From an uncultured Acidobacteriota bacterium (lineage in GTDB: Bacteria; Acidobacteriota; UBA6911), in NCBI GenBank assembly GCA_963843575.1, contig CAWJKZ010000017.1:260734-324733 (forward strand): a DNA stretch of 64,000 bases, given 5' to 3'. A program made the position numbers and the translations under genes. Positions 11,406 through 20,500 of the stretch are shown here, piece after piece (positions within the stretch are counted from its first letter, which is position 1; every line of letters begins with the position of its first letter). The notes beneath the pieces are model-generated. The model made no database searches, was not told the DNA's origin, and saw only the letters and a list, made by a program, of their open reading frames with translations.

Positions 11406-14400
11406 TTAGGTGCGGGGCGGCGATTCCTCCGCCCCCTGCCGCAGTTCCCACGGCCGGCCCGAGACGAGGTGGGTCCCGCACACGGTGACGGCTTCGTTCA
11501 GCTCGTCGTCCGTCAACGCGGTGACGCGCAGGCCCGTGATGCGGGCCAGCACCGCGTCGAGACTCGATCCGTCCAGGAGCGCCAGCGGCAGCAGCGCCTT
11601 CAATCCCTCCCAGTCCGAGTTTTCCGGCGGCCACGACCAGCGTGCGGAAGTAGAGTCGAGGAATGCAATGCGCATTTCGCGATCGGACATGGCGGCGAAT
11701 TCATCGAGCACGAGCTTGAGGCTGGGCACGTCCCGCGCCAGCCAGCCCCGGCAGGCTTTGACCAGGCGCACCCGGTCCTCGCGGAACTTCGGGTCTCGAA
11801 CATTCGACGCCCTCTTCAGTGCCAGGTCGGCCAGAAGCTCGACCCGGCCCTCGGGGTTGCCGATTTCAATGCAGCGGTTAGCCAGCGCCATGTAAGCCAT
11901 GCTGATGTAACCAGAGTAACCGCTGGCAAGGGCTTCGGCTTCCCCTATCGCACAGAACGCTTCGGCTTTCTTGCCCTGCCGAAAAAGAGCGGCGGCGCGA
12001 GCGGAGCGTTCCCGCATCCTCGTGCCCCAGCGGTCGCAGGCGGCGCGTGCCTTCCCGAGATAGGCGGCCAGGACCGGGGCTTCCCGGTTGCGGCGCCCGC
12101 ATTCCGCGAGCAGGACTGCGGCGAGGTCAAAAGTAAAAGTGACCCCTTCCCCCTGCATCGCGGCGCGCAGAATGCGACGGAGTCTCTGTCGGGCCCACGC
12201 CGGATCGGGCACCGCAAGCACGGCGAGGCTGATTGCCAGGAACGCGATGTCGCGGTAGCGAGGGTAGGGGTTTCTTTCGGCAATATCCAGCGCGTCCTCG
12301 ATTTGGCCCCGGTCGGCGGAATCCCCGGTCAGCTTGCGCAGCGGCCCAAAATCCATGTCGAGACGCCCCGTGCGCTGCTCGTCCACCAACGAATCGTCGC
12401 CGTAGCCCGTGTCCGGGAGCAGCCCCTGCAGAACCTGCATCCTGAGGCTGTTGATGCGTTCGTCGAGAGTCGCGATTAGTTCCTGCCGCTTCCGGGCGTC
12501 GAGTGGTGCCTCTTTGCAGCACTCGACCAACTTTCCCGCTTCGGGACCGCGGCTGAACGCTCCGATCCAGACGGAGGGGGCGTCCGCGGTCGGCGCGAGG
12601 ATGCGGGCAGCCCGGGTGAGCAGTGTCTCGCACAGGGGAAGAGTGTGGCTTGGCTGGATCGCGCAGGTCGCGGTTGCGGCCGTTACCGCCTCCTCGAGCT
12701 TCCCGGCCAGCGCCGCCTCCCAGGCAAGATAGGAGAAGACGACCCCTTCCCAGGCTCCCGAATGGCACAGCAGCCTCGCCCAGGCGAGCGCTTCGGTAAA
12801 ATCTCCTCTGTCGACGCACTTGAGAAGGTCCTCGGTGAGGCTGGCTCTGGGAGCCGTTTCACGGTAGGCGCCTGCGCAAGCCAGGGCCTTGACGGTGTGG
12901 TCCTGCTCGAGGGCGACATGCAAGGCCAGCCGCAGATCTCCGAGGGTGTTCTCTGGACGGCCGAGGATCTCTCTCTGGGCCGCTCGGAATTGCGGATCGA
13001 GCACGAGGGAGTAAAGCTTGTCGAGCTGTCCGGCCGCCTTGAGGTGCTCGGCGTAGTGGCTCAGCGGGTAACTGCTCCGGTTGCGTTTCCAGTCGGCGCA
13101 GTAGGCCAGCAGCCTGTCCCGATACACCTCGGTTTTGATGCACTTGCGCATGTACTGGCGCAGGCGCGGGTGGGCGAGGGCATAGCCATGAGTGTCGTTG
13201 CCCACGACGAAGCGGCGCACCCGCTGCAGGATGTCCTCGAAGAAGTCCTGCCCCCAGTCGTTTACGAGGCTCGGGTTCACAGCCTCGAGATCCGACCTGA
13301 ACATCGGGCCAAAGCAGGCCGTGAGGGTCCCGAAGAGATCGCGCGCCGGGGCGTCGCCGGCGAGTTGCTTGATTTCCTCCCACCACTGATCGAGATAGTT
13401 CGCCAGCCCCTGCGGTTGCGCGGCGAGATTCGCAGCGGTCAGCCGGCCATCGGCCAGGTCCTCCGCGAGCAGGCGCATGTAAAACGGATCGCATCCGAGG
13501 GTCGGATCGCCCTGGTACGAGGAGATCCGCACAACCTCGTCCAGCGCCGCGGAGTCGTCTGCGACCGCAGCGGCGGAGGTCCCGGCGGCACGAAGGACCG
13601 CGGAAACATCGGCGGTTGTCAGGCCCCCAAGTGGCAGGTGTTCCGTCTGGTGCGGCGGCATGCCGTAAATCGCCGACCAATCCTGACCCACATCCCGGAC
13701 TGTCAGGATCAAGTGGAGCCTGGCCGGAAGATGGCGGCTAAGGTACGGCCTCAGCTGCCAGGTCGTGACCTCGTCCAACCCGTCGATGACCAGGACGCGC
13801 ATGCAGTCCAGGTACTCGTCCAGGAGCTTGTGATACAGCGCCCGCAGTTCGTGGACCTTTTCGGGGATCGGGTAGGTGTGAGCGTGCCACTGGGCCATCT
13901 GCTGCACCACGTTGCGCAGGAAGAACTCCTCGCCGAGGCTTCCCGTACCGTAGAGAGGAGTGAAAAAATGGTAAGCGAAAGCCTCCGGATTACGTTTGAC
14001 GATATTGGCCATCAGGGCCGTTTTGCCGAATCCGGCCGGGGCGGTGATCATCAGATACCCCCCCGCGGGCCCGGCAGCGAATTCTTCCACGCGGGCCTGG
14101 ATGTCTTCGCGGCCCGCGAAAAGAGCGGTCCGGTCGTCCAGGAGGGGGGCGAAGACCTCGCGCAGGGCTGGCTTGACCGGTGAGTACCGTTCTTCGGCCG
14201 CCGCAACCGGGGGCCCGATGCGCCACTGGTAGTGACAAACCGCGATGTCCAGGGCGAAGCGGAATGGCCTCTCCGGGCAGTCCAGCTGCTCGCGCCCGGC
14301 GGCGGCTGCGCGCTCGAAGGAAAGGACCCCGGGGTCCGTGCGTCCCGCGGCTTCGGGGACCCCCACGGGCAGCACCTTGCTCTGCGCGAAACCCGTGCAT

Positions 14401-14903
14401 TCGACCGTGATGTAAGCGCCCCCGTCGACCAGCTCCCGCAGCGGGCCTGGATCGGTCATCGGCCCGGCCTGGAACAGTTCGCGCTCGTGCCGGTCGAGCG
14501 CGTTCCAGTCGCGCAGGCCGTGAGTGAGTGAGACGGCGGCAAACGCGTGCCCCTCGGTCACCACCAGAACTGGAAGCAGCTCGTTGCCCAGGCAGAGACC
14601 GCAGAAAAGTACGGCGAGGTCGAGGCACGTTCCCTCGCGGGGCGCCTCCAGGACGTCGGCAGGCCGGCGGATCGGCTGCAGGGCATCGGAGGGATGATAC
14701 ATCTCGGCGGCATAGCGGATCTGCTTCGCCAGGAGAGCACCGTAGATGGCTTCGACCAGACGGCGGCGTCCCTCGGGCTCGGCTGCCAAGTCCAGGCGGT
14801 TCACGGGCAAGCGGAGTAGTGTGACGGCGTCAGGCGTCACGAAACGCGCCAGTCCCCTCTCATCGACCTTCGACCATTCCCTCGGAAACTCGGCGACCGG
14901 CAC
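11406..14903 (-). CDS. NLR-like protein: N-terminal transglutaminase/papain-like domain, STAND (NACHT-like) NTPase, helical repeats
   Basis: GTG after AAGGAG. GTCLDL...EGHAFAAV...VECTG putative C-H-E triad; Walker A APAGFGKT; Walker B VLVIDGLDE; winged-helix HPRLRQY; Ala/Leu-rich TPR/ARM-like C-terminus. Confidence 0.8.
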   Translation of the reverse strand: MPVAEFPREWSKVDERGLARFVTPDAVTLLRLPVNRLDLAAEPEGRRRLVEAIYGALLAKQIRYAAEMYHPSDALQPIRRPADVLEAPREGTCLDLAVLFCGLCLGNELLPVLVVTEGHAFAAVSLTHGLRDWNALDRHERELFQAGPMTDPGPLRELVDGGAYITVECTGFAQSKVLPVGVPEAAGRTDPGVLSFERAAAAGREQLDCPERPFRFALDIAVCHYQWRIGPPVAAAEERYSPVKPALREVFAPLLDDRTALFAGREDIQARVEEFAAGPAGGYLMITAPAGFGKTALMANIVKRNPEAFAYHFFTPLYGTGSLGEEFFLRNVVQQMAQWHAHTYPIPEKVHELRALYHKLLDEYLDCMRVLVIDGLDEVTTWQLRPYLSRHLPARLHLILTVRDVGQDWSAIYGMPPHQTEHLPLGGLTTADVSAVLRAAGTSAAAVADDSAALDEVVRISSYQGDPTLGCDPFYMRLLAEDLADGRLTAANLAAQPQGLANYLDQWWEEIKQLAGDAPARDLFGTLTACFGPMFRSDLEAVNPSLVNDWGQDFFEDILQRVRRFVVGNDTHGYALAHPRLRQYMRKCIKTEVYRDRLLAYCADWKRNRSSYPLSHYAEHLKAAGQLDKLYSLVLDPQFRAAQREILGRPENTLGDLRLALHVALEQDHTVKALACAGAYRETAPRASLTEDLLKCVDRGDFTEALAWARLLCHSGAWEGVVFSYLAWEAALAGKLEEAVTAATATCAIQPSHTLPLCETLLTRAARILAPTADAPSVWIGAFSRGPEAGKLVECCKEAPLDARKRQELIATLDERINSLRMQVLQGLLPDTGYGDDSLVDEQRTGRLDMDFGPLRKLTGDSADRGQIEDALDIAERNPYPRYRDIAFLAISLAVLAVPDPAWARQRLRRILRAAMQGEGVTFTFDLAAVLLAECGRRNREAPVLAAYLGKARAACDRWGTRMRERSARAAALFRQGKKAEAFCAIGEAEALASGYSGYISMAYMALANRCIEIGNPEGRVELLADLALKRASNVRDPKFREDRVRLVKACRGWLARDVPSLKLVLDEFAAMSDREMRIAFLDSTSARWSWPPENSDWEGLKALLPLALLDGSSLDAVLARITGLRVTALTDDELNEAVTVCGTHLVSGRPWELRQGAEESPPRT

Positions 14904-14968
14904 CGCTTTCTCCTTGACCCATCCTGCACTTCCCCGCCAAGGGGAACCTGTCGAGTGCAGAGGGTGCG

Positions 14969-15017
14969 GAAAAAAACATCGCCGCCGCGTCGCGGACTGG
15001 GCGTCCCCGTGGCGGCG
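14969..15017 (-). terminator. Intrinsic terminator between the lipase and STAND genes
   Basis: Minus strand GC stem cgccgccacg...cgcggcggcg followed by ATG and a T-run. Confidence 0.6.
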
Positions 15018-15027
15018 TCATTCTCTT

Positions 15028-16476
15028 TTACTGCTTCAGAATCTCGAATATGTCGTGCACCGCAGGGGGCGATGCGGGACCCGCTTTCCGCGTGCCGACC
15101 TCCACCCGGTACAGCCCGGGGGGCATCTGGTCACGCTCGAGCACCCACTCGCCGTCCAACTCCCGGAACTCCGTCTTCACTGCCGGTCCGCCCGCGAGAG
15201 GCTGGATCCGGGCACCCATTCCACCCGGGTCGTCCCCATAATTCACGAGCCGAGCCCGCATGAGCACCGGATCCCCCGCCACATAGATATCCTCCAGGTC
15301 GAGGGCGATGGCCGCCCCCTGCTCCCTGTCCGCACTGATCTCCGGGCCGCGAATCGCCCCCAGGCCCGGGATCTGCATCTGCCTGAGCCGGTTCCGGAGC
15401 TCGTTGAGCATCTGCAGATTGTTTTGCAGGCACCCGTGCCGTTCGGGTATGTAGCTCTCCCTGTACTCCGCGGAAAGTTCGATCGGAATGGCCGAGAGGT
15501 ACGGAACTGTCCCGTCGCCGTCGTCGAGCAACGGGTCGATCCCGGACGGGAGCGTGCGGCTGGTCACGACGCGCCCATTTGCTAGGCAAGCCGATTGCAG
15601 AGTCGGCTGGCGGGTCCCTACAACCGGCACGATCCGGTATCCGGCCTTGGCGTACTCCGGATCGCCCTGATGGAGCGACACGGCCTGCTCGATCTCCCTG
15701 TGAAACTCCAGCGCGTCCTCCGCCTTCTCCCTGGCGATTCCCGGAACGCCGTCCGTTTCGGCGATTCTGTTGACGGAGCCCCCGCACTCGAGGACTTTGT
15801 AAATCGGGAGCAACTGGTAGACCGACGTGAAGGACCGCATCATGTCGGTCAGATCGAGAAATAGCTTCTTGTAGCCGTTGGCGAGGAAGTCGACGGCGTT
15901 CACGGAACCGCGATACGGGGTGCCAAAGGTCACGAGCGCCCTGCAGTCCCTCCAACCCTCCAGGACTTCCAGGTAGTAGCGTGCCACCAGCCCGCCCATG
16001 CTGTGCGCCAGAAAGATGACCTTCGCATCGGCGGCACCGCTGTGCTTGCGCCAGAGGGGGAGACGGTCCCGGATGAAGGCCTGCAGGCGCCTCGCCGAGC
16101 AACGATTGTCGCGGCGCCAGTCGTAAGGGAATTCGAAAAAATTGGCGGGATTGCCATTCTCGATACTGCCGGCGACAACCTCGAACTCACCTGCGACGAG
16201 CCTCGACATCCCGGAGTACCCGTCGATCTTCACCAGGCCGGGGACCAGGTGGGCGTCGGCCATCACCCGGACCGCCCGCACCCCATCCCCGAGGTCGTCA
16301 ATCGCCGGATCGTCCCCTGAGAGTTTCAACCGCTGCAGCGCCGACCCCAAGGTGACAAGTGCGCTCCATGCGGCCTGACCCGAGATTGCCCAGAGATCTT
16401 TCCCATCTTTCTGAAGCACGCTTCCCGTGATCCCCGGCAGCAGAATCACGAGGTCCCGCATGCGCAATTTGGCCAT
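15028..16476 (-). CDS. LCAT/PGAP1-like alpha/beta-hydrolase (lipase/acyltransferase) with C-terminal beta-sandwich
   Basis: LPGITGS, FPYDWRR, LAHSMGGL nucleophile elbow, GTPYRGS, DGDGTVP, ERHG; no signal peptide. Confidence 0.88.
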   Translation of the reverse strand: MAKLRMRDLVILLPGITGSVLQKDGKDLWAISGQAAWSALVTLGSALQRLKLSGDDPAIDDLGDGVRAVRVMADAHLVPGLVKIDGYSGMSRLVAGEFEVVAGSIENGNPANFFEFPYDWRRDNRCSARRLQAFIRDRLPLWRKHSGAADAKVIFLAHSMGGLVARYYLEVLEGWRDCRALVTFGTPYRGSVNAVDFLANGYKKLFLDLTDMMRSFTSVYQLLPIYKVLECGGSVNRIAETDGVPGIAREKAEDALEFHREIEQAVSLHQGDPEYAKAGYRIVPVVGTRQPTLQSACLANGRVVTSRTLPSGIDPLLDDGDGTVPYLSAIPIELSAEYRESYIPERHGCLQNNLQMLNELRNRLRQMQIPGLGAIRGPEISADREQGAAIALDLEDIYVAGDPVLMRARLVNYGDDPGGMGARIQPLAGGPAVKTEFRELDGEWVLERDQMPPGLYRVEVGTRKAGPASPPAVHDIFEILKQ

Positions 16477-16551
16477 TGGTCCTGCCTCCTGGACGCCGAT
16501 TAACGCGGAATTCCCGGGGGAATCCGTGGTTTGTCCGTTCGCGGTTTCATG

Positions 16552-17427
16552 TCAGACCAGGAGCCGGTACCCGGGATCCAGTTTCTGGTATCCGATCAGG
16601 ATCTCGTGGATGTTGTAGGGGTGGGTTTCTTCACCGCTCAGCGTGTTGCCCACGACCTGAAACACGTGTTCGATCCCTTGGGCGTCGTCGATGTCCACAT
16701 CCGCCATGAACTCCAGCGTCTCCGGTTTGCTGAAGAATGTGACCTGCAGGTTTCCGTAGCGCTCCATCGTCTTGAAGCTGTCTGCCAGGCAGAATCCGGG
16801 TGGGGGAACGTGCAGGGTTCCCGGAACTTCATGGAACAGATCCGCGGCGATGCTGTTCTTGACCTCATCGCGCAGCTCCTTTTCGACACGCGCGAAAAAA
16901 CGGTCGCCTCGAATGCGAGTCAGGCTGGCCACAAAGGAAAAAGCGTCACGCCCGTTGGGAAACCGGGTCGCCTTCATCCTGGAGTAGATATTCAGAAGCC
17001 CGGCCTTGCGCAGGTCGTCCAGCGCGGAATAGAGTGCCGGCCCGGCGAGGTCCCCGGTTCCCTCGACGACCGACCGCGCGAGAACCTGCTGCAGGTCCGC
17101 GGCGCAGGACGCGTAATCAGGAAACTCCGCCTTGATGACACGTCGGGGGTCCACGGGCAGCGTGATGGCGTAACGAACGGTCTTCCCCTCGCTGACCTGC
17201 ACGAAGCGGCTCACCGGAAGGTGGCGCATCGGAAAGACGCCCACGCGGTAGCAACCGTTGGGCGGGCATTCCAGGTCCCGGATACGCAGCCTTTTTGTTG
17301 CCTGCACATCTCTTGCCTGGGTCACGTTGCCGAGCAACGTGTGGGTCAGCGAGACATCCAGCCGGTCGTCCGGCCGCTCTCCGTTCACATCTGCGAAATC
17401 CAACAGCAAGTCGCCTTTGTTGGTCAT
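16552..17427 (-). CDS. Hypothetical protein (beta-sandwich N-terminus, His/Asp-rich C-terminal domain)
   Basis: ATG 17427 after AGAGGGA; sits in an operon between the GMC and lipase genes. Motifs SFKT-x3-GNLQVTF, ADVDIDDAQG-x2-H, THPYNIHE. Confidence 0.75.
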   Translation of the reverse strand: MTNKGDLLLDFADVNGERPDDRLDVSLTHTLLGNVTQARDVQATKRLRIRDLECPPNGCYRVGVFPMRHLPVSRFVQVSEGKTVRYAITLPVDPRRVIKAEFPDYASCAADLQQVLARSVVEGTGDLAGPALYSALDDLRKAGLLNIYSRMKATRFPNGRDAFSFVASLTRIRGDRFFARVEKELRDEVKNSIAADLFHEVPGTLHVPPPGFCLADSFKTMERYGNLQVTFFSKPETLEFMADVDIDDAQGIEHVFQVVGNTLSGEETHPYNIHEILIGYQKLDPGYRLLV

Positions 17428-17503
17428 CGATCCCTCTGCGATCGGCGGCACGCTTCGATCGGGAAGCACGGCCCTGAGTCGCCGCAAACGGCCGCCGCCT
17501 TAC

Positions 17504-20500
17504 TTATGACACTCTCTCGAGCACGTAGTTCAGAACCATCGAATTCTGCCGGGGCTCAAGGTAGCCACACAGCGCGGGCTGGAGAACTGGGTCCCGGAGC
17601 CACAGGGCCGAAGGGGCGGACACCCACCTGCCGAGCATCGTCTGGTCGTCCACGATCCGCATCTCCTCCGCTATGCCCGCCGAAGCCACGAGTCTCGCGA
17701 ACTCGTCGGTCCAATAAGTCGGGCCGCCTGCAGGGCCGAGTCCAAAGCTAAACCTCGCTTCTGCGCCGTTGGCTGTGGGCAGGAATCTGACGTGGAAGGC
17801 GACCGGGTTGACCTGGTTGAGCAGGCTCACGTCCGGCCTGGTCAAAAAGAGGATGTGCCCTCTCCACTCTCCCGCGATTTCGGTCGGTTTCGGGACGCGT
17901 GCCCGGTCGCCGGTGAATATGGCCAGGTGATCGGGGACGGACATGTTCTTGAAGGGATAGTTGTGCCGCGCCATCACGAACGTCGCAAACTCGAGACCCG
18001 TCGGAAACGTGCCCAGGTGCATGACCCCTATACAGTCGTTCTCGCCAACCGCTTTGATGACGTCGTAGACCATCCGGTACGGCGCATTCGTGTATGTCAA
18101 AAGCAGGACGTCGTCTCCTGCCTTGACGAACTTGCGGTTGTCGTCTGGGTAGCGCAACTGCTCGACGACGGGCCTCCCGGGCAAGCACTGAAGCTCGTAA
18201 TTGACGACGTAGCCTGAAAGCGACCCGCTCCGCATCCCGTCGAAGCGCTTCCAGAAACTCCCCCCGGTGTATCGCTCGGCGGGGGGGCGTTCACCCAGCG
18301 CCAGGGCGGCGGCACGCAGGCGTTCCTCCCACCCGAGCAGGGTGTCCCGCGCGAACGATCCTTTCCAGAAAGAGTCGCGCAGGATGCGGCGATTCGCGTA
18401 GTCGATCCGGACGCTCCCCCGGTTGAGCAGCGTTTCGAGCGGCCGCGTAGGGGTCTCGCGCATGATGGTCTGCAGTTCCGGCGTCGGGCGGGTGCTGAAA
18501 TAGTCGGGGATCTCGGCCCCGCGCAGGACCGCCTCGCGCACTTCTTCCGCGGCAAACCCGCCCTGAGCGCTGAGGGGATCGTACTCACGCATCACGAACT
18601 GGTTGGTCAACGCCAGGAACCGGAGCAGGCCGCGCGCTTTCAGGAGGGGATTGTCCGTGCCGGTCACCTCGAAGGAGCGCAGAAAGGCCGCGAAGCTGCC
18701 TGCCGCCTCGATGTCTTCGAAGGTCCGGAACCTGAGCAGCCCGGAGCCCAGGCCGGCGCCGGATGCCGTGTCGGAAAGCCGGCAGTAGAGCGTGGTGTAG
18801 TCCCGCAGGATTTCGCGAATCCCGGCAATGCCGCCGCGCTTGTTCTTCTGCATGTACTTGCGTCCGTGCAGCAGGTATTCCGTGCGTGCGGGATCGCGGA
18901 AATAGACGTGATAGAGCATTTCCGCTTCGCCGGTCGCCGGGTTGATGCGCAAGTAGTTGAAGTAGCTTTTGTCCGCATTGATCTCGAAGGTTGCGGGGCC
19001 CTGTCCTCCGAAGTCGCCGAAGTGGATTGTCCCCCGCATGCGCGCTTCGTGTTCGGGGCTTTCGAAAAATTCGTTCAGGTCGCGCACCGTCATCCGGACC
19101 TGGAAACTGCAGGGCAGCTTCTGCTCCGGCCCCGAGACCCTGGCTTCGATTGCCCCATCCCCTTCGAATCCCGGCGGAGGCAGAAACCCGGGGAAGTAGT
19201 GGCCGGTCATTTCCTCGTCGAACGTCATGCCCAGCCCATCCGGGAGCCGGACATCGAGGAGTGGGGCCAGGAAGGGGGAGGGCGGCGGTTTGTCGGGGCC
19301 GCTCCTGCGCAGCGTGTAGTAGAAGGAAAACTGCGGCGCTCCGCCGGCGCCGGACTCGAGCTGGAAGAGGCCGATGGAGCTCGGTCCAAACAGCTGCGCG
19401 AGTCCCGGGGGAGACGCCGTGGTGTACTTTCCGACCATGAGATCCGGACCGATCGCGCGGATCTCGTCGTGGAAGGGGGTAAAGTCGTTGAGTTGGAAGT
19501 GGTCGTGCGCGAACACGGGTTCGGCCATGCCCTCGAGCAACCCGAGCAGCTGGTATCGCGTTTCGAGGCGGCCGTCTGGTTTCAGCTCGAAATTCAGGTA
19601 CGCCACGACGCCGGTGTTCGCCGCGTTGGAAACCATGCGCATCTCCCACAGGCCGGCGAGCTGCTCTTTGGCCGGGGCCGGCGCGCTCTCGTAGAGACGG
19701 CGGTGATCTGCCACCGTCGCCTCGTCGAGGCCGTAAACCCGTGTCATGGGGAAGGTGAAGAGCCGGAGACCGTTCGGGAATTCGCCCAGGTACACCCTGC
19801 CGATCAGCAGTTCCTCGTTGACGATCTTGAACACATCGTAGAAACCGCGCCAGGGATCGTCAGGATAGCGCAGCAGGATGTACTTGCCCGGTTCCAGGGT
19901 GGCGGTCCTGGTGGTGATGTGGATCTCCTCGAGCGTGTTCCTGGCGCGAATGCGGCCGTCCGAATCGGATGTCTCGCCCGTGATGCCCCCGGCAGTGCGC
20001 GTAAACCGCTTTTTAAACCCGGCGAAGAATGCCGTCGAGAACTGGTTCAGGATGTGGCGTCGCGGGAAGAAACCCTTCCAGCACGTGTCATTCCTGATAA
20101 TGCCCCGATCGCCATCGATGCCCACTTCGCCGCCGTTGACGATGGTCGCGACACCCAGGCTCTCGACGCGGCTGAAGATACGCTCCAGGTCCGCTTCCTT
20201 GTAGTTGAGCACCTCCAGCGGATCGAGCCCGGGCACGGTGATCCGGGCAGGGCGCTCCGGATAAGCTTCCCCCCCGACCGAACGGACGAGCCTGTCGGCG
20301 ATCCGCTCGGAGAGGGCCGAGATCGTGAGGAACGGGTTCACCCCCAGTGCCGAGGGGATAAGTGAACCGTCGGCAACGAACAGCCCCGGGTGGATGCTGC
20401 CGTCGCCGGCGAACACCCTCCCGAACTCGTCGGCCGCCCCCTGCATGTAGTCCTCGCCGAGGGGGCAGCCGCCGAGCGGGTGGGCAGTGATCAGGTTGCG

